The position numbers were made by a program, and so were the translations under genes. Of a stretch of DNA of 64,000 bases, positions 19,870 through 30,809 are shown one piece after another (position 1 is the first letter of the stretch; each line of letters starts with the position of its first letter). The stretch is from Leptospiraceae bacterium (lineage in GTDB: Bacteria; Spirochaetota; Leptospiria; Leptospirales; Leptonemataceae). The stretch covers positions 553,669-617,668 of the forward strand of contig JAVJNR010000005.1 in the NCBI GenBank assembly GCA_040217195.1, read 5' to 3'. The notes beneath the pieces were generated by a model, which had not been told where the DNA came from, ran no database searches, and saw only the letters and a program-made list of their open reading frames with translations.

Positions 19870-21015
19870 ATGCATAGAACTGGCATCCTGCTAATTTCCG
19901 CTCTACTACTCACCTGCCAGCAAAACACCAGCCAGGTCGAAAAACAAAACCCTGAAGAACTGGAACGATCGGAATGGCATGATCGGGCCCTGTTTCTGGC
20001 CGGACTTCCCACATCTCAGAAATTCCAGAAGAGACCGGAGATTGCCAGAATTCTGAAGCTTCCGCACTATGAAGATCATCGCAGGCAGATGAATGCGTTC
20101 TGGTCCACTGTAGATCGCCAGAGGGTAAAGCCCATGACTGCCTGGTGGAGATCCGAGCTATCTCCTCGGATGGATGGTGTAAAAACCAGAACAGCTCTTT
20201 ATCCCCTCAGTGGAGGCGATCTACTGAACTTTAAATTGATGTACCCGGATGCAAAGAAATATGTAATGATAGCCATGGAGAAGCCGGGCAGCATGCCGGA
20301 CCCCACTTCCATGACCGATCCTCAGCTGCAGGAAGGATTGTACTCTGTGCGAAAGATGCTGGGAAACATTGCTCTTACAGGTTACTTCTTTTCCAGGTGG
20401 ATGAACTGGTACATGAATCCAGAAAAATATGGGTTCTTTGGAACACTTCCCACAGTTTCTGTATTTCTTGTTCGCCTGGGTCATGAAATACGAACCGTGG
20501 ACGAAACTTGCGTCAATGAAGCCGGAAAACTTGTATTTGAAAACACTACTCCCTGCTATCTACCAGGATACAGAATTACATTTCGCGACGGCAATACCGA
20601 TGAGCAAAAGGAACTCTACTACCACTCCACGCGAATTGACAATGCTTTATTCTCTGAAAGCACAGCCAGGGGCAAATACATTCAAAGTCTGGGAAAAGTA
20701 GCTGTGATGATGAAAGCAGCAGTGTATCTTTTTCACAGACAGGCACATGCTGCAGGTGCTCAGTATCTTATGGAGAATTCTGAGGTAATCGTTCAAGATG
20801 ATTCCGGCATTCCCTACCGATATTTCTCTGCTTCTAACTGGGACATCACCCTTTACGGTACCTATCGCTACCCGCTTCCGGGGATGGGAGTATACCCTCA
20901 ACAGGATCTGATTCGAGCATACAATGCAGGCAGTGAGCATCTACCATTTGCCTTCGGCTATGGTCCAAAAACCGCAGCCCGGGCATCTGGACTGATGGTG
21001 GCCTTCAGTAATTAA
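19870..21015 (+). CDS. Conserved hypothetical lipoprotein
   Basis: Lipobox-like LLTC; conserved-looking motifs YPLSGGD, KAAVYLFH, VQDDSGIPYRYF, LPFAFGY. Confidence 0.8.
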   Translation: MHRTGILLISALLLTCQQNTSQVEKQNPEELERSEWHDRALFLAGLPTSQKFQKRPEIARILKLPHYEDHRRQMNAFWSTVDRQRVKPMTAWWRSELSPRMDGVKTRTALYPLSGGDLLNFKLMYPDAKKYVMIAMEKPGSMPDPTSMTDPQLQEGLYSVRKMLGNIALTGYFFSRWMNWYMNPEKYGFFGTLPTVSVFLVRLGHEIRTVDETCVNEAGKLVFENTTPCYLPGYRITFRDGNTDEQKELYYHSTRIDNALFSESTARGKYIQSLGKVAVMMKAAVYLFHRQAHAAGAQYLMENSEVIVQDDSGIPYRYFSASNWDITLYGTYRYPLPGMGVYPQQDLIRAYNAGSEHLPFAFGYGPKTAARASGLMVAFSN

Positions 21016-21055
21016 AAGCCCGAGCCAACCTGGAGGATCAAACCAGGGCGCCTTC

Positions 21056-21436
21056 CTAATTCTGGAACGCTGTAGCGCGGCCGGATTGGCTTTCCAGGGC
21101 TAATAGGCGCTTTTCCAATTTCAGTATACGCGCTTCCAGTTCCTGGATTTGCTTCTGCGCTGCCCGGGCTTCCTGTAATCCCTTGATCTGCACCTTTCCG
21201 TCACGAACAATCAATTCATCACCTACAGTAAGTGGGCCCTTTATATAGACCATACCGTCCGCAGCTACTATCAGACTTGCACGGGCACCTATATGAACAT
21301 CCCCGGACGGACTCACTTCCAGAACCATACCGTCGGTCATTCGAGTAGCTGAATATTCAGGACTGGCTGATGATGCATCGTCGCAGCCAGTCATAAATAC
21401 TGGAATCAGAATTATCAAAACGGATAGTAGTTTCAT
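21056..21436 (-). CDS. Hypothetical lipoprotein with C-terminal coiled coil
   Basis: MKLLSVLIILIPVFMTGC lipobox; AAAGGAG RBS; heptads IQELEARILKLEKRLLALE. Confidence 0.75.
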   Translation of the reverse strand: MKLLSVLIILIPVFMTGCDDASSASPEYSATRMTDGMVLEVSPSGDVHIGARASLIVAADGMVYIKGPLTVGDELIVRDGKVQIKGLQEARAAQKQIQELEARILKLEKRLLALESQSGRATAFQN

Positions 21437-21476
21437 TGTTTCTCCTTTGTTTGCCCTTTGTTTCGCATCTGGATAT

Positions 21477-22481
21477 TTATTCGGTTTCCTGAATCGAAAT
21501 GGAACCAAAGGGTGCGCGTATGCGAAGAGGCCGATTGGGAATCTGCAACTCCTTCATACTATAATGGCCCGGAACCACATTGATTTCTCCGCCATGCTCC
21601 ACATTGTCTAGCGCATCCTGCATACTTTTAAAGGGAGCCTCTATACCACCTGTGGATGGCTGTTGCATTGGACCGATGGAATCCAGGTATATTGTTGGAC
21701 TTCCATTGGCATTGTTCAGCGCTTTCAGAAATCCAGGATTCAAAACCGATGTGGCGATGTTGGGGCAACCTCCTCCCCGATGCGTACCGTAGGCATACAA
21801 GCTTCCGGAGCTCTCTTGATAGAGCGGAGATCCGGAGCTTCCCATGTGAGTATCCGCATAATGTATCAAATATCCAGGGCTGTTATGAGCTGTGGCAACA
21901 CTGCTTTGCATGGTTCGATTTCGTTTTTTGCAGCCATCGAAGGTGCGTAATTCAACGCCAAAGCCTGTATTCTTTAGACTCTTTGACTCCTTTGCATCGA
22001 TTCTATGGTTACTGAGTCTGAAGAAATTTCCTTCTATGAAATAAGAGGGCATCCCCTGAGCATTTGGCTGGATGCGAAATATAGCCCAATCCTGGGTAGT
22101 CGGCAGATCGACTTTCAATTTCAGGGATTCCTGTAGTATCTGAAATCTGTCAGAGTCAGCGGGCAGCTGAATCTCACCTTTGCAGCTGGAGGCCGGAACC
22201 TGAAATTGCACTTCATCGAATCTATAGTACCCCGATGCACAATGTCCGGCGGTGACCAGCCATCCGTTGGGAGCAATCCAGGCAGTGCAGATAGCTTCTT
22301 CTCTTTCATTGAAATATAGGCGACCGACTGGATAATCTTGATCAGGGAGTCGATCGTCGGTATCACAGATGGTATTCATTCGGATTCTAGTCTCTCGCTG
22401 TTCAGCCATAAGACCGGACCAGAATACAAAAGTTAATAAAAGCAGTCCGACCATCAAAATGGAAATCATTCTGCGCTGCAT
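21477..22481 (-). CDS. Secreted trypsin/V8-like serine protease with short DUF1565-like C-terminal tail
   Basis: Signal peptide; catalytic triad motifs TAGHC, DWAIF, GSSGSP. Confidence 0.88.
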   Translation of the reverse strand: MQRRMISILMVGLLLLTFVFWSGLMAEQRETRIRMNTICDTDDRLPDQDYPVGRLYFNEREEAICTAWIAPNGWLVTAGHCASGYYRFDEVQFQVPASSCKGEIQLPADSDRFQILQESLKLKVDLPTTQDWAIFRIQPNAQGMPSYFIEGNFFRLSNHRIDAKESKSLKNTGFGVELRTFDGCKKRNRTMQSSVATAHNSPGYLIHYADTHMGSSGSPLYQESSGSLYAYGTHRGGGCPNIATSVLNPGFLKALNNANGSPTIYLDSIGPMQQPSTGGIEAPFKSMQDALDNVEHGGEINVVPGHYSMKELQIPNRPLRIRAPFGSISIQETE

Positions 22482-22811
22482 GAATCAAATGAATGCAGTA
22501 TGGCCAGGGTACTGTCAACTGAAAGGTCGGCAGGTCTGGCATTGCTTTCTTCCGATAGTTTTCTAAAAACCCTTGACCCTCAAAAGTAGAAGCTTAGCCT
22601 ATTGGGGCCTTCTGACCTGCTCACTGACTATTCTGTGCTATCTCGCAGTGAATCTAACTGACTGTTTTTCAAGCGTAGTTGATTCGGATGATCGGTGGCA
22701 TAAAGTGCAGATCATAGCTGGCCTTAGATATCATTGAGAATATCGCATTTCAATACCGTTTGAATGGGCTTATTCCTGTTTCCATTCATCTGGTCTGTCC
22801 GGGGAGTATTC

Positions 22812-24479
22812 ATGATCAAGACAGAGAATTCCATTCATCGCTTTTATCTGTACGTAGTGCATCATCCGCTTATTTCATCTTCGCTAGTTTTTTCAGCATT
22901 GCTCTTGATTGGTCTGCTACTTCAGAATCTAAGCGATGAATTCCTGTGGCCCAGCTACGCAGTAATGTGTCTTTTCTACTCTGCCATGTTCTACGTGGGA
23001 TCCAGAAGCGGAAAAAAAAGAGAAAACCTTTCAGACGAAAAAGAAGTGGAGGAGATGATTCTGGCCGGTCGCTCCCTTCCGCTGGGACTGGCTCTGTTCA
23101 CAATGACAGCTACCTGGGTAGGCGGAGGTTTCATTAATGGAACTGCAGAATCTGTGGCCGTGAATGGACTTGCATGGGCCCAGGCTCCCTGGGGTTATGC
23201 GTTGAGCCTTCTGTTCGGCGGAATCTTTTTGGCCAAGAAGATGAGATCCTACAATTTCTCCACTCTTCTGGATCCCATATCCGATCGCTTTGGCGATCGC
23301 ATGACAGCGTTGCTTTACATACCGGCTTTACTGGGCGAAGTATTCTGGACTGGAGCCGTACTTACAGCCCTGGGTACCACGTTTGGGAGTATTCTTGGAA
23401 TAGACTTTAATCTGGCCATTATTCTATCTGCATTGATTGCTATTACTTACACTGCGATTGGCGGTATGCGAGCGGTGGCCCATACGGACGTTCTACAGCT
23501 GGGAATATTGATCGTGGGTCTATGGCTGACGATTCCATTCCTCATTCCTGATGGAGCCAGCCTGGGCAGTATTTACGGAGATTACAAGACCGAAATGGGT
23601 CCCATGGCGAATCTGTTTCCTCCGCTGGAAGGCTGGAAAGACCCGAACTGGGGAGATTCCTACTTTCTATGGTGGGACTCTGCATTGCTTCTGATCTTTG
23701 GTGGCATTCCCTGGCATGTGTATTTCCAGAGAGTTCTTTCGAGCCAGAATGGGCAGGTAGCACGATGGCTTTCCATAGGTGCAGGTGGTCTTTGTATCGT
23801 CGCTGCTGCGCCAGCCATGATCATCGGGATGATAGGAGCCACCACGGATTGGAATGCCCTGGGACTGGAAGGCCCGGAAGTGTCGGCTGTTGTACTTCCC
23901 TACGTATTGCAGAACCTGGCTCCTGCTTTAATCGCAATCATTGGTCTGGGTGCACTGGCCTCCGCGGTAATGAGTAGTGCAGATTCTTCTATATTATCTG
24001 CCTCTTCTCTGGGTGCATGGAACGTATACAGACCGTTTTTCGCAAAGGGAAATCATTCAGAAATTCCAAAAGTCATTAAACGATTGATCTGGATTGTAGG
24101 AGTGGCTGCCACGCTTATCGCACTTCAAGTTAAGAGCGTCTATGCACTCTGGTTTCTGTGTAGCGATTTCGTATATTGTATTTTGTTTCCTCAGCTTATT
24201 CTTGCATTGTTCGACAGGAAGACAAATACCATCGGCAGTCTGGTTGGATTTATTGTAGCTCTATTCCTGCGTCTGGGAGGAGGAGAAGCTGTTCTGGGAA
24301 TTCCGACATTCCTGCCCTATCCGATGGTTGGTGAGGATGGAGTTGTAAACTTCCCCTTTCGCACACTGGCCATGCTTTCATCTATGGTGACCATCATTCT
24401 GGTTTCCCGGTTGACCCATACCTGGTCTCCTCCAAGACCGCTGGTAGTAAGAAAAACCTCCGACAGTCAGGAAGCATAG
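22812..24479 (+). CDS. Sodium:solute symporter, CHT1/SLC5A7-like probable choline transporter
   Basis: MTATWVGGGFINGTAE, GLAWAQAP, GGIPWHVYFQRVLSS, AVMSSADS, FPFRTLAM; first gene of the bet operon; GGGGAG RBS. Confidence 0.9.
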   Translation: MIKTENSIHRFYLYVVHHPLISSSLVFSALLLIGLLLQNLSDEFLWPSYAVMCLFYSAMFYVGSRSGKKRENLSDEKEVEEMILAGRSLPLGLALFTMTATWVGGGFINGTAESVAVNGLAWAQAPWGYALSLLFGGIFLAKKMRSYNFSTLLDPISDRFGDRMTALLYIPALLGEVFWTGAVLTALGTTFGSILGIDFNLAIILSALIAITYTAIGGMRAVAHTDVLQLGILIVGLWLTIPFLIPDGASLGSIYGDYKTEMGPMANLFPPLEGWKDPNWGDSYFLWWDSALLLIFGGIPWHVYFQRVLSSQNGQVARWLSIGAGGLCIVAAAPAMIIGMIGATTDWNALGLEGPEVSAVVLPYVLQNLAPALIAIIGLGALASAVMSSADSSILSASSLGAWNVYRPFFAKGNHSEIPKVIKRLIWIVGVAATLIALQVKSVYALWFLCSDFVYCILFPQLILALFDRKTNTIGSLVGFIVALFLRLGGGEAVLGIPTFLPYPMVGEDGVVNFPFRTLAMLSSMVTIILVSRLTHTWSPPRPLVVRKTSDSQEA

Positions 24480-24480
24480 A

Positions 24481-25989
24481 ATGAAGTTTGGAACACTAAA
24501 AAGCTTTATCAACGGAAAGTACTCCGAAAAAGATTCAGGCAGGTATATAAGCATAGAGTATCCGGCCACAAATGAAACCATAGGTAAAGCCTCCGTGGCC
24601 GATGAGGCAGAACTTCAGAAGGCTGTGGATCTGGCCAGAGCTGCGCAGCAGAAATGGGCAAGACTATTACCCGCCGAGAGAGCAAGGATCCTTCATCGCA
24701 GCTCCCTCTTGATTCGCGAAAAAAACGATGAACTGGCAGCTCTGGAGGTGTGGGATACGGGCAAGCCCATCCAGGAAGCTCTCAGCGTAGATATAGTCTC
24801 CGGAGCCGATGCGGTGGAATACTTCGCCCATGCAGCAGCCCTGCTCAAGGGAGACTATTATCCGCTGGGAAACAACTATGCCTATTCCGTACCTGAACCC
24901 CTGGGCGTTGTTGGAGGAATTGGTGCCTGGAATTATCCATTTCAGATCGCATGCTGGAAATCTGCGCCGGCTCTGGCCGGCGGCAATGCTATGATCTATA
25001 AGCCCAGCGAGCTTACAATGATGACAGCCCTTAAACTGGCTGAAATCTATCAGGAGGCCGGTCTGCCAGATGGCCTTTTTCAAGTTCTACTAGGAGATGC
25101 AGAACTGGGAAAGGCCATGGTTTCGCATCCAGACATTCACAAGATTTCCTTAACCGGCGAAGTGGGCACGGGAAAGAAGATCATGGCCAGCGCCGCAGCA
25201 ACTCTGAAGCATGTAACTCTGGAACTGGGCGGAAAGTCCCCACTGATCATTTTTGAGGATTCTGATATTTCGAACGCTGTGCAGGCAGCCATGATGGCCA
25301 ACTTCTATACCCAGGGTGAAATTTGCTCCAATGGAACCAGAGTCTTTGTACATTCCTCAATACAAGACAAGTTCCTTGCTGAATTAAAGCGCTGTTCCGA
25401 TAAATTAATAATCGGCGATCCCATGGATCCAGATACCCAGATTGGAGCTTTGATCGATGCGAAGCATTTTAAGAAGGTAAGGGGTTATATAGATTTGGGC
25501 ATAAAAGGCGGAGCCCATCGATTTCTGGGTTCGGATGAATTGATTCTGAATCAATCGTCGGTTTCAGATAAGGATTATGGCCGAACTGTAAGTGAATTGA
25601 AGAATGGTAACTTTGTAGCTCCCACAGTTTTTACAGAGTGCAAAGATGAAATGCAAATCGTATGCGAAGAGATTTTCGGACCGGTAATGAGTGTGCTTCG
25701 CTTTGACGAAGAGGAAGAGGTAATTCGAAGAGCAAACGATACACCTTTCGGTCTGGCTGCCGGTCTTTTTACCAAAGATGTAAATCGAGCTCATAGAGTG
25801 AGTCAGTCATTGCAGGCAGGAATAATATGGGTGAACAACTATAATCTCACTCCCATTGAAATACCATTTGGTGGGTACAAACAATCAGGGATTGGCAGAG
25901 AGAACTCCGTAGAAGCATTAAGGCATTATACCCAGATAAAAACCATTTTTGTGGAAACGGGTGATGTGGACTCTCCCTATCGGATTTGA
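24481..25989 (+). CDS. betB: Betaine-aldehyde dehydrogenase
   Basis: GIGAWNYPFQIA, TLELGGKSP, GEICSNGTR, EEIFGPV, PFGGYKQSGIGRE. Confidence 0.93.
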   Translation: MKFGTLKSFINGKYSEKDSGRYISIEYPATNETIGKASVADEAELQKAVDLARAAQQKWARLLPAERARILHRSSLLIREKNDELAALEVWDTGKPIQEALSVDIVSGADAVEYFAHAAALLKGDYYPLGNNYAYSVPEPLGVVGGIGAWNYPFQIACWKSAPALAGGNAMIYKPSELTMMTALKLAEIYQEAGLPDGLFQVLLGDAELGKAMVSHPDIHKISLTGEVGTGKKIMASAAATLKHVTLELGGKSPLIIFEDSDISNAVQAAMMANFYTQGEICSNGTRVFVHSSIQDKFLAELKRCSDKLIIGDPMDPDTQIGALIDAKHFKKVRGYIDLGIKGGAHRFLGSDELILNQSSVSDKDYGRTVSELKNGNFVAPTVFTECKDEMQIVCEEIFGPVMSVLRFDEEEEVIRRANDTPFGLAAGLFTKDVNRAHRVSQSLQAGIIWVNNYNLTPIEIPFGGYKQSGIGRENSVEALRHYTQIKTIFVETGDVDSPYRI

Positions 25990-26091
25990 GCAAGAGCATC
26001 AAGGCGCAAATGCAAAAGTAATTGAATTCAGAGCAAAAAGTAGTACCAGCAGAAGGTTCCATTCCAGAGGCTTCGAGAACAGGAGAAGAAG

Positions 26092-27771
26092 ATGGCAGAT
26101 CTATATGATTACATAATTGTGGGCGGCGGTTCAGCCGGATGCGTTCTGGCCAATCGACTTAGCCAGGATCCGGACAATCAGGTATTGATGTTAGAAGCGG
26201 GTCGCCCGGATTATATCTGGGATCTTTTTATCCACATGCCGGCGGCGCTCACAATCCCCATCGGAAACAAAAATTATGATTGGATGTACGAATCTGCTCC
26301 TGAGCCCCATATGGATGGTCGCAAAGTCTATCATGCAAGAGGCAAGGTGCTGGGCGGCTCCAGTAGCATCAATGGAATGATCTTTCAACGAGGCAATCCG
26401 ATGGACTATGAAAAATGGGCCAGAATTCCGGGTCTTGAAAACTGGGACTATGCTCATTGCCTGCCCTATTTCAAGCGAATGGAATCCTGTATGGCAGAGA
26501 AACCAGCTTCTGAGTCCAGGCACAACACAAGTCCTCGAAGTCGCAGTCGTCCATTTCGCGGAATTGAAGGTCCCCTATGGCTGGAACGAGGTCCTGGAAT
26601 CAATCCATTGTTCAGCGCTTTTCTTGAAGCCGCGGAACAGGCCGGCCATCCACGCACAGACGATGTAAACGGCTACAAACAGGAAGGGTTTGCCTTGTTC
26701 GATCGAAATGTGAAGCAGGGCCGACGATGGAGCGCTGCCAGGGCCTATTACCATCCAGTGAAGCATCGCAAGAATTTGGAACTACGAAGTAAGGTACTTA
26801 CATCCAGGATCATTTTTGAAGGAAAGAGAGCCGTTGGAGTTGAATATAGAAAGGGTAAGAAGATCCACCAGGTAAGAGCTAAAGAAGTAATACTTTGTGC
26901 AGGAGCGTTCAATAGCCCACAATTGCTACAATTGTCTGGAGTCGGAGAAAGGAAACATCTGCAGGATCTGGGAATCAATGTAGTCCATGAACTGAACGGT
27001 GTGGGCCAGAATCTGATGGATCATCTTGAGGTCTACGTTCAGTACAAATGCCTGAAACCAGTATCCATGAATCCTGCATTGAAACTCTGGCGAAAACCTT
27101 TTATCGGTTTACAATGGCTGTTTCGCAAGGGACCGGCAGCAACCAACCATTTCGAAGCAGGTGGTTTTATTAAGAGCAACTCAAGGGAAGGCTATCCCAA
27201 CCTGATGTTTCATTTTCTGCCCCTGGCCATTCGATACGACGGTTCCTCACCGGAAGGAGGTCATGGCTACCAGGTGCATGTTGGCCCCATGTTCTCAGAT
27301 GCTCGCGGGCATGTGCGAATCAAATCCACCGATCCTTCCCAGCATCCAGAAGTGTTATTCAACTATTTGAGTACAGAACAGGACAGAAGAGAATGGGTGG
27401 AAGCGATTGAAAGAGCAAGGGAGATTCTAAGTCAACCTGCAATGAAACCGTTTAACGGTGGAGAGATATCACCGGGTCCGGATGTAAAGACTCCAGAACA
27501 GATTCTTAAATGGGTGGCCGACGATGCAGAAACTGCATTGCATCCGTCGGGAACCTGCAAGATGGGTCGAGATGATCTGGCCGTTGTGGATCCGGACACT
27601 TTCAAGGTCCATGGCATGGAAGGCCTTCGAGTGGTTGATGCATCTATAATGCCCATCATTACGAATGGCAACATTTACGCCCCGGTCGTCATGATGGCCG
27701 AGAAGGCTTCGGATGCCATTTTAGAAAATACTCCACTGGCACCTGAGTATCTGGATTTCTACAAAGCCTGA
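26092..27771 (+). CDS. betA: Choline dehydrogenase (GMC oxidoreductase)
   Basis: [52 protein letters not shown]. Confidence 0.95.
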   Translation: MADLYDYIIVGGGSAGCVLANRLSQDPDNQVLMLEAGRPDYIWDLFIHMPAALTIPIGNKNYDWMYESAPEPHMDGRKVYHARGKVLGGSSSINGMIFQRGNPMDYEKWARIPGLENWDYAHCLPYFKRMESCMAEKPASESRHNTSPRSRSRPFRGIEGPLWLERGPGINPLFSAFLEAAEQAGHPRTDDVNGYKQEGFALFDRNVKQGRRWSAARAYYHPVKHRKNLELRSKVLTSRIIFEGKRAVGVEYRKGKKIHQVRAKEVILCAGAFNSPQLLQLSGVGERKHLQDLGINVVHELNGVGQNLMDHLEVYVQYKCLKPVSMNPALKLWRKPFIGLQWLFRKGPAATNHFEAGGFIKSNSREGYPNLMFHFLPLAIRYDGSSPEGGHGYQVHVGPMFSDARGHVRIKSTDPSQHPEVLFNYLSTEQDRREWVEAIERAREILSQPAMKPFNGGEISPGPDVKTPEQILKWVADDAETALHPSGTCKMGRDDLAVVDPDTFKVHGMEGLRVVDASIMPIITNGNIYAPVVMMAEKASDAILENTPLAPEYLDFYKA

Positions 27772-27852
27772 TTAAAGTAGCTTGCCTCTCCCCAGGTAGA
27801 GAACCCAATGGAGGGACCTTCGTCTAAATACGGAGTTTCCAGGAGAGGTTAT

Positions 27853-29268
27853 ATGACTCGTAAAAGGCTATACTTCGGTGCAGCAACAATTCTGTTTTTG
27901 TTTAGCTCCCTTTCGTTACAGGCAAAGCCCACAGGTGACCAGGTCAGTGAGGCTACCTGCGATTTCAATCTACCGCAGGTACAGAAATATGTAGCCCAGG
28001 GATGGGGAATCAACGATCCGTTGAGTTCCGATTCTGGTGCCACTGCCCTAACACTTGCATCCTATTGCTACGGTGGTAGTGCAGAGATCGCTGCCTGGCT
28101 CATTCAGAGAGGCGCAGATGTAAATAAGCACGACAGGAACAACTATTCCAATCTGATGTGGGCCCTTCGCAGCGTAGATGACCTGGGCGATGGAATGCAT
28201 AAGGTTGTATGGGATATGATCCGTCGAGGCGCCAGTGTAAACTGGCAGGATCCCACCACCGGTCGCACTGCACTTATGCTAGCTTCCAGCAACGGAGATC
28301 TGGACATGGTAAAGGACTTAATCCGTCGCGGGGCCGATCGAAATATGAGAACAAAAGGCGATTGGTGCATCTCTGACAATTATGATGTCCAATGCACCGC
28401 TATGGATTATGCGAGACTGGACGGTCATGTTCAGGTAGCACTCTATCTGGAAGGAAAAGATACAAACGCTTATGAAAGAACCCTTCATTACGCTGCCAAA
28501 TCAGGCGATCTGGAAAAAGTAAGGTCATTGATCCAATCCGGAGCTGATGTAAACGAAGCAGAAGAGATGTCGAAATTGACTCCGCTTCACTATGCAGCTA
28601 GAAGCAACAACCTGCCTATAGTAAAACTTCTACTGAGTTCAGGGGCAAAACCATCTCCCCAGGATTATGTGGGAATCACACCTCTTCGAGATGCAATAGT
28701 AAATTATAGGAAGGAGCTGGCCACGGTTCTGATTGAAGCCGGCGCTTCCGGAAGTTCCGAACAATTGCAAGGCTGCGGCGGCGGACTAACCGAGTTCGGC
28801 TGGGCCATGAACTACAGTCAGTATGATATCGCAAAGCTGCTTATAGAGAAGAATGCCCTGGATTTGAAGGGCGGCTGGTCTATCTTCAGAGAAATCGATG
28901 GAGCAAGCGAGGAGACTGTAAAAATAGCAGAAATGGTTCTGGTTCGTGGCGCCAAACCACCGGAAGACTATATCTCAGTGCTTCAGAAATGGGAAGGTGA
29001 GTATGATTTCAAATTTGTGCCACAGATCATAGCACTGGTAAAGAAACATGAGCAAAAGCCAGTCATTCCAATTCCAAGTATCCTCATCCCGGATAATCCG
29101 GATTTCGAATCTGTGGCTCCTCCCAGTCCTGCAGCTCTCAAGAATCTACAGATTCGCAATCGCTCGTTGAAGCCGGACCCGGAGGTTCAGCGAGCCATCG
29201 ACCGTAGCCATCAATTCTACGAAAAGGGAGATAGGATATCTCCAGACGCTCACTTCCCTGCAAAGTAA
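27853..29268 (+). CDS. Secreted ankyrin repeat protein
   Basis: Signal peptide; GRTALMLAS, TLHYAAKSG, LTPLHYAA, GADVN repeats; AGGAGAGG RBS. Confidence 0.9.
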   Translation: MTRKRLYFGAATILFLFSSLSLQAKPTGDQVSEATCDFNLPQVQKYVAQGWGINDPLSSDSGATALTLASYCYGGSAEIAAWLIQRGADVNKHDRNNYSNLMWALRSVDDLGDGMHKVVWDMIRRGASVNWQDPTTGRTALMLASSNGDLDMVKDLIRRGADRNMRTKGDWCISDNYDVQCTAMDYARLDGHVQVALYLEGKDTNAYERTLHYAAKSGDLEKVRSLIQSGADVNEAEEMSKLTPLHYAARSNNLPIVKLLLSSGAKPSPQDYVGITPLRDAIVNYRKELATVLIEAGASGSSEQLQGCGGGLTEFGWAMNYSQYDIAKLLIEKNALDLKGGWSIFREIDGASEETVKIAEMVLVRGAKPPEDYISVLQKWEGEYDFKFVPQIIALVKKHEQKPVIPIPSILIPDNPDFESVAPPSPAALKNLQIRNRSLKPDPEVQRAIDRSHQFYEKGDRISPDAHFPAK

Positions 29269-29273
29269 CGTCT

Positions 29274-30809
29274 CTAGCCCTGACCCGGGTTCGCCCGGGC
29301 ATGGCTGAATGCTTGTTCAAAAGCATCGTTTATTAAGGAAGGATCTTCAAGACCAATCGAAATTCGAAATAGGCCTGGATCCATATGCAAGTGCTCCAGT
29401 AGCTTCCGTCCATCTTCCGTGGAAACCAGTTCGTAATGAGCCAGATACATATAGAGCATAACCAGAGTAAAGTCTGTGCCAAATGAAGGCCCTTTCAATA
29501 CCTGCAAAGAATCGTAAACGGACTCCATGGACGATGCCACTTCCATGGTAATCATTCCGCCAGGGAGCACACTTCCATCATGCTTTCGGGCTATTCGATT
29601 GTAATTTTCAGCCCAGGGCCCACGATCTGCCCGAAATAACTTTCGCACAGAAGGGTTCTTCTCCCACAAATCTCCAAGGATATTCAGGTTCCTTCCAATT
29701 TGAATCATTCGATTCTGGTATCCAGGAATTCTATGAGCCATACGATCCGAATCTGCAACATAGGGTACTTCCAGGTATTCATTTAAGGTACCTGCAATTT
29801 CATCGTGAAATCTGGAAGATGGATTCAGCATCACAGCACCCATCATTACATCGCATGAGCCACTTGCAAACTTGGTCAGGCTTTCCACCACAACATCGCA
29901 ATAGGGCAGCGCATCCACGCATACAGAGCTGCCCACAGAAATATCGGATAGCAAAGCGCAGCCTTCGGACTGACAAATATCATATAGTTCTGGCATGTCT
30001 GGAGTTTGCAGCAACGGATTTGTGGGCAGCTCCGTAATTACTCCGGCCACACGACCTGCCTGTTCCTTAATTACCCGTCGAAGTTCATTCAGATTACTCA
30101 GATCGTAGACTTTTTCCGAGGCAACGGCAAATTTCTCCAGAATGCGAATGTTATCTACATAAAGCCAGCCCAGTTGAATCCAGATATCCCTTCCCTTCTT
30201 TTTCTGGATTTCCTGAATGGAGCGAAAGGCGCCATAGATTCCGTTCATTCCACTCACGGAAAGAAATACATCCCGTGTGTTCAAATGATTCAGGCCTGCC
30301 ATTTCCTTTTGAACCAGCTCCGGTCCTGTACCTTTTCTGACACGCTCTTCGGTTTGCTCTTCTTGTAGCAAGTTTCGGTCCAGAAGAAACCTTTCCGCAC
30401 GACGAGAACTAACCAGACAACCGGTATGCTGAATAAAACTAAGCAAATAACCGGCCCTGGTCTCATCCTCCGGCAGGGGAAAAGCCACAATACCATCCTC
30501 TTCAATCAGTTCGGTTGTATGGTGACCGGCCCAGGAAAACAGATCATCCGCCGCTCGCCGGGAAGATACCACAACACATGGATTCCGGGAAAAAGATGGC
30601 TGAAAATAAGATACAAGTTCGGTGACGTAGGGATGCGCAACAAAACGCGGATAACCGGATTTGATGCGACTCATGGTTTCTGAACGTTTCTCTTCGTAAC
30701 CAATTACATCGGCCACAGCTGGTAGACTTACAGAAACTGCATGAACGGTACTGCCTGGAATCCTCCCGCCGACCTCCGGGATGGCAATCTTTCCGGAATC
30801 AATAGCCAT
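29274..30809 (-). CDS. PLP-dependent Cys/Met metabolism transferase (cystathionine gamma-synthase-like, long form)
   Basis: HAVSVSLP, GYPRFVAHP, SGMNGI, ELPTNPLL, ESLTKFASG (PLP Lys), GPSFGTDFT, RISIGLED; start overlaps the rpiA stop (TGATG). Confidence 0.88.
   Translation of the reverse strand: MAIDSGKIAIPEVGGRIPGSTVHAVSVSLPAVADVIGYEEKRSETMSRIKSGYPRFVAHPYVTELVSYFQPSFSRNPCVVVSSRRAADDLFSWAGHHTTELIEEDGIVAFPLPEDETRAGYLLSFIQHTGCLVSSRRAERFLLDRNLLQEEQTEERVRKGTGPELVQKEMAGLNHLNTRDVFLSVSGMNGIYGAFRSIQEIQKKKGRDIWIQLGWLYVDNIRILEKFAVASEKVYDLSNLNELRRVIKEQAGRVAGVITELPTNPLLQTPDMPELYDICQSEGCALLSDISVGSSVCVDALPYCDVVVESLTKFASGSCDVMMGAVMLNPSSRFHDEIAGTLNEYLEVPYVADSDRMAHRIPGYQNRMIQIGRNLNILGDLWEKNPSVRKLFRADRGPWAENYNRIARKHDGSVLPGGMITMEVASSMESVYDSLQVLKGPSFGTDFTLVMLYMYLAHYELVSTEDGRKLLEHLHMDPGLFRISIGLEDPSLINDAFEQAFSHARANPGQG

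Noticed and set aside
22573..22811. BetI operator or riboswitch upstream of the bet operon
   Set aside because: No clear dyad or known aptamer; only a weak TTGACC-N16-TAGCCT promoter candidate.
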